64,000 nucleotides of DNA from Chiloscyllium plagiosum (Eukaryota): the NCBI RefSeq assembly GCF_004010195.1, contig NC_057738.1, positions 8,202,056 through 8,266,055 of the forward strand, given 5' to 3'. A program made the position numbers and the translations under genes. The notes beneath the pieces are model-generated. The model made no database searches. It had not been told where the DNA came from and saw nothing but the letters and a program-made list of their open reading frames with translations. Below are positions 36,451 to 48,695 of the stretch, one piece after another. Each line of letters begins with the position of its first letter. Position 1 is the first letter of the stretch.

Positions 36451-37249
36451 ACAACTATGAAACTATGAAACAAAAATGCAGTCAGCAGGCATACATGCAA
36501 GGATCAAAAAGGAGAAACAGCACTCGAGACTAAAATCCTTACTTCAGATGTGGTAACAGGTGCAGAAGAAGTTAGAAAGGGCTTAAAGACTAATTTCACC
36601 TGGTAGTGGACAGATTGATTCAGGAAGTGAATATTTGTAGGAGCATGTACAGTGTATAGGTATAGCTAGGGAATGAACATTTCAGAGCTCATGCCTAACA
36701 TTAAAAATCTCTGTTGGGCAAAAAGAAAAAAATATTTAAAGTAATGGCGCAAAAGACAATGTTGAAAAGGCTAGAAGTAGTAAAAACAGTACTTACAGTT
36801 CACAATGAACTATGTAAGTGAACACCACAAGGTGCAGCTGCAATAGAGAAATCCAGAATCTGAAAAGTACTTTGCACCAAAGTTGCCACACCTGGATTGT
36901 TATAAAGCAGAATTAAAACACTAAAAGGGGCAATTTGAAAGTTAAAACAAAGTTTAACAAAAGAACATGGGAGATGTCTAAGGCTACGATAAAGGCAGGA
37001 GAGCCATAATTTTAACTGGGCTCTGGTGGAAAGAATCTATTATGGTTGCAGGTAAGTTATTAAGGTCAAATTGTGGAAAAGAACAGACTTTGCATTTTGG
37101 CAGTGAAAGATTAGAAATTGCCCGTTAAATAGGGGGAAATCCTCAATTTTGGCCACTGAAGACAGAAAACCTACATATTGACCCCAAATAGCTGGGCATA
37201 CCCCAGCAAGCAGCTTGGCTACTCATTACTATTTCACAGAATGAAAAGT

Positions 37250-38900
37250 TTTAAAAGAAGAAAAACGTACAGTATTTCTTTACCGCAAAGTTTGAAAGCT
37301 CAAAGTCAAGGAAAATAGAGCACCATTCCATTTTACAGAAGTAAAATTCTTCAAGGGAAAAAAGAGTACAGGACCATTTTGAATGCTTTAAAGTAAGCAT
37401 AATAAATAATCACATTCAGCAGATCTTAGAAGAGAAATGACAGTACTTGCAAGATTTAATATCAAAAGTGAGCCAAATAGAACACAGGATTAAAGATCTT
37501 GGAGAAAACAGTTCTAAAGTTACAAAATTGTGTCAAATTGGAATTCTAAATCATAAACTGTTTACATGAATGCTCTGTTGTATTCCATTGAATTTATGTC
37601 ATATGACATGGTAAATCACCAAAGCGTACAGGAAGGCACACACATCTTTGAATAAGTTCTACAATCTTTTGCAATTACTATAACCTGGGAACAAATAAGA
37701 TCCCTGAAAGATCAATATTTAATCCAGGAAATTTATCAATATTTTAATTATTGTTCTCTCCAGATTTATTGCAGTTCAAAGAAGATTTTATTTTTGAGAT
37801 ACCTATTTAGATAGTGTTGGAAATATAAACCAGGAAGAATCACAGAGAAATCTTGTAGAGAGAAAGACAATCTTATCATTGGAAAACAGAAACATCCATT
37901 TTATAAGCTATAAGTACTTTAGAGACATAAGTGACAAGCCAACAGAAAGAGTACATACCAGATACCAAGAGTCAGTGTGGAAGAAAAAAGCCCCAGAGGC
38001 TCAAGCAGTACTCAGCTATCATGCACAGAAATAGCTTCAGAGTAGCAAGAAGTCAAATACCAGCTCATACTAAGATGTTCATTCAATAGATCCTCCAACA
38101 TTAGAAAAGATATATGATACATTTGTTGGGGATTTAAAGAGCTAACACACTCAAGTTTGACAGAACCTGTTTATGTCAATGGACATTAATTTCAAGATTG
38201 AAATAGGAGTAAGTGTCACTGTCTGTCAGACTTTGGTTTTGGAAACAGAAGCTATAACCTACATAGATGAAACTACATGATCTAAGTGGCAAAACTCTTA
38301 AGATTGAACATGTATTATATGTAACACAAAAAGCACGAGAATTGAGAATGACTTATAATCAATATTTCTCATTTTTGTGCCTGCACACAAGCCTTGACCT
38401 CAACATTCTTGAGGCAGCAGAAGGTTTTCAACTAGTTCCAAGAAAAAGCAAACAGATCAAGAGAAACCAAGTTGTGTTAAATTCAGAGTTATTAGTATCA
38501 CTGCCAGAGTTAATACAAAGAAAGCAAATGTTACTGAAGATAACAATTTGTCCAATGCTCCAATGCAACAATCACAAAAGCTGAGTGAAGATATCCAATC
38601 TAATCCACAAGATGGAAGTAAAGAGTTTACATACTTTAACATAGATCCATCAGCATTTTCAGAATAAAGTTGTTCTTGCACAAAAGGTTCCTCCTGATGA
38701 GGTAATATACCAGCCATCTGAGACAGCAGGAATGATGATCTTCTTGAAGGACATGCAAGGTTCTCCAAGGAGAGATAACTTATTGATCACACAGTTCAAG
38801 ACCAAAATCAAGATCAACAGTCCTCAAGATAAAGACATATGAAGTTTCCAAGTCCAAAAAGGTAAGACTGTTGAAGAGATGAGATGAGTTTATTCAAGAA
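37250..38900 (+). mobile_element. Highly decayed Ty3/Gypsy internal (gag-protease) remnant
   Basis: 38175-38225 reads VNGH/INFKIEIGVSVTV, resembling the FKxDTGAxVT aspartic protease motif, in A-rich gag-like context. Boundaries are approximate. Confidence 0.5.
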
Positions 38901-41169
38901 GAGATGAGATTATTAAAGGGATCATGGAAGGACTGTGAAATCTGCCAATAGCCTAAATTTATGAAGTCAGAGAGTTGAGAGGTTGATGAATGTTTAAATA
39001 TGTTAATCAGGGGAAAATAAACTTTAGGAGAGATATTGTGTAAGATAATGATTATGAAAGGGTTAATGTCAGAGGCAGCATTAAGCACCACTCAATCTGA
39101 TGATTTGATGCTGGCTTGGGTAGGGATAAAGCAGAACATCTTAGGATTCATGGAATGAGAATCTATATTCTAGATCTTCTCACAGTCTTAGTAATAATGT
39201 CTATCACTGATTTAGCTTGTACCTAATTGCCAGCATGCAAGAAACTATATTTTGTTAAGACAAGAGACTCTTTTGGTTGAGATTCAATAGTAGTTAATCC
39301 TCTTCCACTGTTAACTAAATAGGGCCTTAGACTTAGTCAAGGAAAGAAGATTGGTATACCTTCACCACAAATACCACAGCCGCTACCCCCACATCCAGTG
39401 CTGGCACCCTAATTGCATATAACCACTAACAAACCCTCTGATATCAGCCAAATCGTTCACTGCTACCAATGCAACTACACACCACCATCACAGTCAACCT
39501 GATCCCCCACCACAAACTTGCACACTACCACCATCCCAAATTCCATATTTTGAATTCATCTGTGCATCGTTGCATTGCAAATTATAATTTTTAGCATTTC
39601 TGTCATACTAGGGTAATAATGATTGTTTTATCCTTCCTCAACCACTAATTTTCAATGATGGACTGGTGGGGAGCTGACAGATCCCCAGCTACCAGCAAAT
39701 TTCCCTCTAACCTATTGGTGTTCCCACCACTTCTCAAAGTTGCCATGGGACAGTAGCAGCAAGACTGAGGAAATACCATTAACAATCCTGAGCACTACTA
39801 GTCCAAGGGAAAGCCTTCTTAAAGCTCTCCTGTCTCTTGATTCTGACTCCCACTTACACACAAGAATCAGGGTGCCACTGTCTTTCACCGGTCTGGCCAA
39901 TATTTTATGAGCTTCCCTGCTGAAACATTCCTGTGACTTTGCAGTCTCAGAGGAATCTTTCCAGAGTGCTACCATGTACACTGCATTAACTTAGAGAATG
40001 GGAACAGGTTGTATTGAACAGACAGACAAGCAGAAATCCCTCCCTCCTGGAACATTTACCAGTGAGGAAAATCCTGGCTATACAGAGCCATTGTGCTATT
40101 GAGTCCTTGTTGGAGACATCCATCATGGACACTTGCCTAGCAAAACCTCAAATCACTGTTGATCTTACTTTAAAACTTGTAAACTCACTTTAAACTGCAT
40201 TAATCCCAAACTGATATCACTCTAAAATAATGGTTTATCAATCAATGCTAGAGATTCGATAGTTAAACAAAGCCTGACCAAAGTGGTTCATACCTTGATA
40301 CTGAATTGGTATCTAAGCAACCAATCAATTGACACCACACATAAAAATCATCAAGGCTATAGAAAGTCAGTACATCTTAGGTTTGATGCTATATGGGCTA
40401 AATGATCTCAATCAGGGTGGCAAGGGGTATCTCAGTCACCCTTCATTCATGACAGGAAAAATTAGCTAGTAATATTGTTTTGATCACTATCTAATGACCT
40501 CTATTAACAACTGAGAGAACATTAAACCAGAACATGGCCCAGTTCAATCATTTGTCTTGTGTCACAATGTGTACTTGGTCTGGTGCAAGAGGGAGGCTGG
40601 CAGTGGGCAAACTTTGCAATAAACTACACTTTCAAGAAGAGACATTAAGAAATGAGATGGTAAATATAAATCCAACAAAAAAAAAGCCAGCCTGTTTAAA
40701 GCAACGAACACATTTATGTTTGTTTTTTATACAATATGGATATAGGTTTTGTTAAAATAAGCAATAAAGACTCAGGTTAGCATTGAAGTTCAATAACAAC
40801 ATGTAGGAAATTATATGGTGACCTCATGTCTAGGAACACTGTCGAGACTAAATAACAGTTGATATATGATGTACTTTAAGGAGTCTGGCTGAAGTTTTAT
40901 TGCTATTATAAAAATGGGCCTAAGTCCTTATAGCTGGATAGTATTTTCATAAAAGCAGAGTTTTATGGTGTGGAATGACATGGCTGACATATCAATGCAT
41001 TGCATTAACTGCAGCTAATGAGAAACAAAGAAATTTGATTGGGAAATGCCTTTGGCGATAATTATGTTCTTTGCAAAACTATAACTTGCATGTGAATTTA
41101 CACTTCTGTAAATGCACAAAGGTTACAACACAGAACCACTACCATACCTGTTCTTTTTTTAACTTTGGT

Positions 41170-41199
41170 CACTAACATTAATATTCTTTTCAGGTGAGT
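41170..41199 (+). other. Juxtaposed 3'/5' splice site (recursive-splice-like)
   Basis: CACTAAC branch point, TATTCTTTT tract, then CAG immediately followed by GTGAGT. Confidence 0.4.
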
Positions 41200-41729
41200 C
41201 AGTGTTTTAAATTTGCTGCAGTTAAGGACAATTCAAATACATTCCTTCTCCAAAGCTGGTATATCTGTGAAAAATTATACTTTGAACAAGTATATAAGGA
41301 GCTGTGATCCTGAATAACTGGTGAATTTAGCTTTCTATGCAATCATCAAGAAGAAAAATCATAACAGTTTACAAATGGAATTTTTAAAAAGTACATTTTA
41401 AGAACCAAAAGCATGTATTTTAATTGTAATTTAAAAGATTTTAACTTTTACAAACATTGCTGAGCCATCAAAAGCTTTCATAACTGCACAGAAAGTAAAG
41501 TAGTTAATATTAAGGAAAAGCATTCCACATGACACAATAGTGTAAGCGGCTTTGATGTCGTGTAGCACTTAAAATCATTAGACACTACAAGCTGTTTTAG
41601 GCCTAAAAACAGTTAAAACTTTCAACCTGTCTGTCCTGGTGAGTTTGAGAAGGAAAATGTTTGTTTCCATTCAACCTTCTACTCTACATGTCCTGATATC
41701 TCTGACTCAGATACTCTCTGATTACACTT

Positions 41730-42110
41730 AGAGTACTGTGAACTATTTGGGTTCTTCATTTTACAAAAGATGACAGAGGCACTGCAGAAAATCCCCCATA
41801 AAATCAACAGCATGATCATGAGACTGACTGAGAGACTATTATTGCCAGAAAAGGACTGAACAATCTGGGGCTCCCTTCTTTAGAAAAGGGAATGGTGAGG
41901 GGTGGTCAGATGAAATTACAAAGGTGCTTCATAAGATCAATGTAGAGGAGATGTTTCTGGCTGTGCAGCGAGTCTAAAACTAGGGATCACAAATCTACAC
42001 CATATGCTAATAAATTCCGTTGAGAATCCAGAAGGAATTCCTTCAGCCAGAGAGCTGTGAGAATGTGGACCCTGCTCCCAGAGCAAGTAGTTGAGGAACG
42101 CTGCTTGTTG
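41730..42110 (+). mobile_element. Very old CR1 3' remnant
   Basis: Degenerate LEYCELFG, RTEQSG..LEK and RAVRMWTLLPEQVVE. Confidence 0.65.
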
Positions 42111-42727
42111 AATGATTTATTCTGTTTTACGCAAACTAAGGTTATAGGAACAGTGGCACAGTTAGCCAAATTAAGATATAACTCTTCCAAAAGTACATTT
42201 CTAATTGTTTCTACTTCAGGAGTGACCAGGTGAAGATAATCTAAAGCCCAGGCCTTTGTACCTCCATCCATGTTGAAACTGAGGCAGAAAGGCTTTAAAA
42301 ATGGCAGATGGGACCTGAATTTTAGATTCCTGCCCTCATTCCTGTTTCTGACCATTTTTACCAGGCTATGATGAGGGTGCATGAGTCAAGACTGCATTCA
42401 GTACTCCCGACCTTGTTGGCTTCATTGCAGAAGTTAGCATTTAAGGCCTGTCACTAATTACACAGAGCTTGGCCAGTTTTGTTATGAGATGTGGTCAATG
42501 ACACCTTTAACAAGTTACGGACAATGGGGGAGATCTTGCCTTGAGTTGTGCATCAAAAACAAGGCATTCACTATTCCCTTTGAAAAATACTGCCCCTTTT
42601 AACTCCTCATAAAGCTGTCGATCCACTGCACGCATTGAACATTCTTTGAAGAAGCCTTTTATCTCCACACCCTTTAATCTTTTATAACTAAGTGTATAGA
42701 CAGTGAAAAATAAATCTTCAAAGAGGG

Positions 42728-42890
42728 ATAAATCAGCAAGTGCTAGAGATCTGAAACAAAAACAGAAATTGCTAGAGAAACTCAGCAGGTCGGCAGCATT
42801 TATAGAGAGAAAGCAGAGTTAATGTTTTGAGTCCAGTGATTCTTCATCAGCAACTCTGAGTTCCACCAGCAATTTATGCCTTTGTCTTCA
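42728..42890 (-). mobile_element. Older Penelope pLTR fragment
   Basis: AAACTCAGCAGGTC(T)GGCAGCAT..AGAGTTAA family; antisense CTGATGAAGAATCACTGGACTCAAAAC is a decayed hammerhead. Confidence 0.65.
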
Positions 42891-43240
42891 AAGGAGGATC
42901 AAGTTTTACAAGGTTATGAAGATGTCAATCAAACAAAGCTAGAAATCTCTTTGCAAGTGAGAAGACATATTCTGCTCAGCTTATCCTTAATCATTATTGG
43001 AGCACATCTAAAGATTCATAATGATACCATTTGGCACTGTTCAATCTGGCAGTTAATATAGTCACCAGATAGCATCATTATGAAGAATGTTTAAGGGAGT
43101 CAGGTCAGCAGGATCTGTTTATACAAATGCATTGAAAGAATTTTATTTGAATGACAGCTGTATGAGACTGCAGTATGCAATTCTCTCTTTGATCGGCATT
43201 CTCAATTATTATTTGGACAAAAATAAGAGATTTTTAAATA

Positions 43241-43611
43241 CAGTAGCGCCTCAACTTACGAACTTAATCCGTTCTGGGACCCGGTTCGCGAACCGAAAAG
43301 TTCACGTACTGAATCAATTTTTCCCATAGTTCGGATAGTGTAAGAATGCTTGAACGTAGCAACGAACAATGTTCACAGTGCGTGCCAAAGACGGACTGAA
43401 TGAGATCACGCAGGGCCTGAGAGCTTTTGTGTTCAAAGCGGCATAGCAAAGCAGAACAATGAAACCACATGGTCGCACACGGGCTTTTTGCCTTCGGACC
43501 TTCGTTCGTACCTTGAATTTCGTACGTACGCTGAAGCAAATTTTATGTACAATGCTGTTCGTAAACCAATTTGTTCGTGAACGGGGTCGTTCGTATGTCG
43601 AGGTGCTACTG
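43241..43611. mobile_element. Tc1/mariner (Tigger/pogo-like) MITE
   Basis: 23-bp TIRs CAGTAGCGCCTCAACTTACGAAC / GTTCGTATGTCGAGGTGCTACTG, TA on both flanks, CpG-rich. Confidence 0.92.
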
Positions 43612-44230
43612 TAGCTTTTTTTGTCACTGTTACCATGAATAGCTATCTGTCATTGACACATTTAAGAGGCTGTAAGATAAACAGTTATTTTCAAAGTATG
43701 TTTGCTTATTTTGTCAGCTTCAGGGGCATCTCAAAGACTTGTCAGTTTCTCTAACAACTCATTAGTTCTGTAAATTTTTAAGAGTGGGTGTGGAGAATGT
43801 ATAAGGGCATAGAAGGACCATGGAGTGTGGGGATATGAGAGGGCATGCAAAAACATGCTGGAGCTGATAAGTTTATTTGGACATAATTAATTGGGACATA
43901 GTTCACTTGTCATCATATGGGTTGGATGGGTGGACTGAGGGGGAGTGAGGACTTAGAGATCCTAACATCCGTGATTACAACTAGGCCAGTGTTCCACAGG
44001 CTAGCCTTCTAATCTGTAGGTTCACTAACCACCCATCTCTGGTGCTACTTTAGGCTTATCTCTGGAGGTAACAGACCATTTCTAGTACAAGTCTGCTTCA
44101 CCAATACAAAATTATGTCAGGCAGGTTTATCTGGGGTGAGAATGGAATCATGGAGTTGGGAAAATTCTGGACCCAATATCTGTCTCCATGATGAAAATCT
44201 ACTCACAAATCCTCTTACAGGAAATCCTAC

Positions 44231-44791
44231 TAAAATAACTCCATTTAGGCCAGTATCCAGTCACTAAGTCACCCCTGATTTACATGTGCTTAGTACTCAG
44301 TGGTTAACACTGCTCACTCACAGTGCCAGAGACCCAGGTTTGAGTCCAGCCTCACGAGACTGTCGGTGTGGAGTTTGCACATTCTCCCCATGTCTGTGTG
44401 GGTTTGCTCCAGGTTCTCTGGTTTCCTCCCACAATCCAAAGATGTGCAGATTAGGTGAATTGGCCATGCTATATTGCCCATAGTGTTCAGGAATATGTAG
44501 GTTAGGTGCAGTAGTCAGGGGGAAATATAGGATAATAGAGTAGGAGAATGGGTCTGGGTTACTCTTCGTAGGGTCAATATGGACTTGTTGGGCCGAAGGG
44601 ATTCTATTTCAAATTCTCTACTTGACACTGATCCAGCTCCCTCAGAGCCAGCTCTGACAGTGAACAGAACCTCTGACACTCCTGTTTATATCTGTCAGTC
44701 AGAGCTCCCTGATAGGATCAGGTTATCAGCCCTAATCAGGGAACTCATATTCGATGAGGTACACCGGGCTGACCTCGTTACCATCACTACA
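44231..44791 (-). mobile_element. Solo LTR of the 2-237 family, split by a SINE
   Basis: The reverse complement of 44621-44791 matches 2-170, and 44231-44288 matches ~180-237. Confidence 0.8.
44290..44612 (+). mobile_element. HE1-type SINE
   Basis: CAGTGGTTAACACTGC head, central GTGTGGAGTTTGCACATTCTCCCC domain and GGGCCGAAGGG tail. Confidence 0.9.
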
Positions 44792-45723
44792 CTACATCAT
44801 ACAACCGACAGTTGTCTCTGTGCTGTCTCTCAAATGGTGGAAAATATTGTCTGCTGCTGAAAACTGGCAGAAGCAATGTTTAAATCCAACTTGCATTGAA
44901 ATTGGTTTTAGATGCTGTTTATAAATGGTTTATTTCAGCAATTATATTGACAATGTGTGTAATCCAAAACTGGAAGACTGAGTAATGTGAACAATTTGCA
45001 GATTATAATATTTTGATAACACCATCACCTTGATCATCAAATAAATAAATTCTTGCATTTATACTCTGTCTTTCATAATTTCAGAACAATTCAAATTAGT
45101 CAGCTTATAATTAATTAGATTTAAAGAATAGTGAGTCATTGTAACTCACTGCTGTTCTGTAAGAATCAGCAGTGAATTGACACACTAGGGCCTACAAGTC
45201 GCAATAATAGATAATGTGTTCCAGATTGGTTGAGACACCAAGAGAAAATCTTTGTTATTCTGCAACTACCAAGGGGGGATCTTTACACATCCCCTCCCAA
45301 AGATGGCACATCAGAGCTGCAAATATTGTGAATATCCAAAGTTAGAGATTTTCTGTTGCGTGAGTCAAATCCTGAATGCAGTACTTTACACATTTGTTCA
45401 TGAAGGAAAGTGTTGCTAGTATAAGAAAAGAAAACATCTGGAAATGGTGATCTCAGGCCAGAGATGAAAGGTGTTGGTGGTAACATTAAAAGCAATGAGA
45501 CCAATACCGGCCAAAAATGGTCAACTTTGAAGGGCAAAAACTTTACAAGCCAAAATTTGAAAAGATCTAGTCATCTCTGCTTTTGATCAGGAAAATAGTT
45601 CAGGCAACAGAAGGATATTGAGCTTCCTACATTTACTTTCAAGTTACATTTGGAGATTAGTTTTTCTCTACTTCAGAAGAATGTGTACAGTTACCACTCA
45701 TCCCCTTTTGATTTCCAACTTAC

Positions 45724-45830
45724 TTTGCGAAGAAACTCAAAAAATCGTCCTTGCAACTGATGACTCCACGGAGGTTATTTTGCTTTACTTTGCACTTCTT
45801 ATTTACAGACATATCCTGATCTAGTTCCAT
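45724..45830 (-). CDS. Candidate coding exon of an unidentified host gene
   Basis: ttgctcattag acceptor, AAA|gtaagt donor, 107 nt, only one open frame MELDQDMSVNKKCKVKQNNLRGVISCKDDFLSFFA. It ends in phase 2, compatible with 6525-6606. Confidence 0.35.
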
Positions 45831-46275
45831 CTAATGAGCAAGCTGTGGTGTGTCCGCCTCCCTACTGTCTTAAACTGCAATCAGGATCTTCCTGATGGTG
45901 GACCACAACTTGCACAAATCGCATGGCCTCAACCTATTTTAGTAACCTCTAAAATTGTGCCAGTTAGAATCACACACAGGTAAGTAACCCATTTTAACTG
46001 CTCACAGGCCTAATTGCTACAACATGAGTAAAATAAAAATTAATTCTGAAATAACTCTTCAGAATCCAGCATTCCATCACCAATCACCCTCTATTTACAA
46101 ATGCGTAGCCATTGACATTAGCACTGCCTCTTGGACCAGATTAACAACCCCATTCTGGGAACTCACATTCTACAAGGTTCAGCTGGCTGACCTCATTACA
46201 GTCACTACCCACCCCATGTATCATTTACAATATCTAGTATCCTTCAAACAGTTTGTTCTTAAAAGGTATCAATGT

Positions 46276-47403
46276 AGGAAGAGTCTTGAGTCTTTGGATT
46301 GGAAAATCATTTTCAGTATGGGAAGAAGAGTTATGCTAATTCTGTCAGGCAAACTCTGATTGCTGTTTCTTACACAAATGTATTGCTGCAATCAAAAGCC
46401 CAGTCATTGCCATAATGTATCCTTTTGAAGCATTTTATGCAAACTCAGCATTTTGACACAGATGTCAAACTAAATTGGGCTGTGGTTAACTGCTCATTCT
46501 ACACAGGGTGCAAATACTTGGAAGCAACCTGCAAAACATGTGGTTCTACTGGTTGCCAGGACTTGAATGAAATTGGAGCCAGTTGCTTGTGATGTTTTTA
46601 AAATGCCCCTCCCTTTCAACCCACCACCATTTCCCCTGGCCAACATGATCCACAGGTGGGAAGACATCAAGTTGACAGTCTTCCTTTCAGCAAGAAACAT
46701 GGCATGGAAGTTTCAAATAGGAGGATAAAGGGCTTTTATTGGTAATTTTATGTACCAGGTTTTTAGATTTTACTATAGAAAAAGCTGAGTTTGTTTATTC
46801 ATAGTTTTTACTTCACTGAAAGAAATAAATCAAATGTAAAATACACAGAAGTCAGATTTCAATACGATCTTAATCTAGCCAGACCAAATATCATAGTCTG
46901 AAAATGGATCTCTGTCTGCAACACCTGCTTCACAGCACATCTTGCTGCAGTTAGCAATTTGAAAATATCTTTCGAGACTATTAAAACTGTGCACATAACT
47001 TACAATTACAGTGTGTTCTACTATAATGCGTATTTCTTCAATGCAAATTGGCTTTAACAAGATTGAAGAATTTAGACCGTTATTTGTAGAACACAAACTT
47101 TCGGGACTACAATGGGATTCCGGCCCGATTAGTTTAAATGGCGTGGCTATTGCACAATTTTCTTATAACGCAAGAATACACGAGAACAGAACTATCGCAT
47201 TATATCAGAAATGACTGCAGCATTTTAAGTTTACTTCAAAGCTTTGTTAGTAACACAGGAAGAGGTGGTTTTAAATAAAATGCAAACGGTCTGTATTCCT
47301 GTAAAAAAAATGTTTTTTTAATGAGGAAGAGTCTTGAGTCTTTAGATTGTAAAATCATTATCAGTATGGGAAGAAGGGCTTATGCTAATTCTGTCAGGCA
47401 AAC
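46276..47403 (+). repeat. ~80-bp direct repeat pair (46276-46354, 47324-47403)
   Basis: AGGAAGAGTCTTGAGTCTTT..ATGCTAATTCTGTCAGGCAAAC occurs twice with few differences. Confidence 0.85.
47009..47217. mobile_element. Tigger-like MITE
   Basis: TA-CAGTGTGTTCTACTATAATGCG ... CGCATTATATCAGAAATGACTG imperfect TIRs; same family as 48225-48425. Confidence 0.7.
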
Positions 47404-48224
47404 CCTATAATGAGGTCAGCCGGCTGGAAGACTTTAGTCTTTCTAAGTTGATGGAGTCCCTGTTCGCTACCTTAAGCAAGAAACCATTCCAATAGTGAAT
47501 TTGCCATTGGCTTGGTTAGACAGGTGCATGTAGCACCTAATCTGATGACAGCCTGTTTTGTAATGCCTTGAAGTCATTTGCGACAGATGCTAAATAGATT
47601 GCTGCTATTTCCCACATAGTTTTACTGGTTAAAATAAACTGGTGTCTTCATTTCTGGTGTGAGCTATTTATTTTTGAATTCTGCAGTATTCTTCTATAAT
47701 GGATATAAGTTGTTGGTTCCCTGAATACTTTCCTGCCTGATCTTTGTTCTGGTGAATGTTTTCTGAGTGGCCAGCATGTTGACCTCTGTTACGTTAATCA
47801 GGTTAACATCTGTCATCTGAAGATATTTCTTTACTAAACCTCCACATCCCCCTACCCTCAATAGAGGTTTTGTTTAAGAATTGCACTGTGATCCACCCCT
47901 TAAATTGTAAATTTTTTCTCATACTACTTCATTCTAAAGTCTGCTCTTTTTAATTATAATTAAATAAAATACAACACGTTGTCTACATGGACTTTAGTAA
48001 AACCTTTGACCAGGTTCCGCATGGTAGTCTGATTAGTAAAGTAAGATCACATAGATTCAGGAAGAGCTTGTCAATTGGATATAAATTGGCTTGACAATTT
48101 TGGACAGGAGGCTAATGACCAGCGGTGTTCTGCAATGCTCTTGTTTACATTTATATAAATGATTTGGGTGAGAATTTAGGAGGAACGGTTAGGAAGTTTG
48201 TGAATGACACCAAAATTGGTGGTA

Positions 48225-48425
48225 CGAGTCATTCTGTTATAATGTCCATTTCATCAATGCGAATTCGCTGTGACGTGATTGATGAACTGGGGACACTAAT
48301 TCTCCAGAGCGAACCTTTAGAACATGTGTTGGCTGGAACACTTTAAGCACTGTTTCTAAAGCATGATTATTGTCTAGTGCCGGTTGCACAAGAAAGCAAC
48401 CATTGCGTTACAGAAGAACTGATTG
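48225..48425. mobile_element. Tigger-like MITE inserted in CR1
   Basis: TA duplication splits the host GGTGGTATAGTAGAC; imperfect TIRs. Confidence 0.78.
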
Positions 48426-48695
48426 TATAGTAGACAATGAAGAAGATTTTTTATGATTAAAAAGAGAACTTGATCTGTTGGGCCAATGGGCTAACAAGTA
48501 GCAGATGGGGTTTAATTTGGATAAATGTGCGGTATTGAATTTTGGTAAACAAACAAGTTCAGGACTTCTAAATTAATGGTGGAGCCCTGGGAGTGTGGCC
48601 CAGAGAGACCAAAGGGGTTAGTTAGATAGTATTTGAAAATTGCCTAAAAGGGTGGTTAAGAAGGCAATTAGCAGGTTTACCTTCATTGCCCAGAC

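Noticed and set aside
45809-45979. Plus-strand exon with a strong acceptor and CAG|gtaagt donor
   Set aside because: Stops in all three frames; it could only be non-coding and overlaps the minus-strand candidate.
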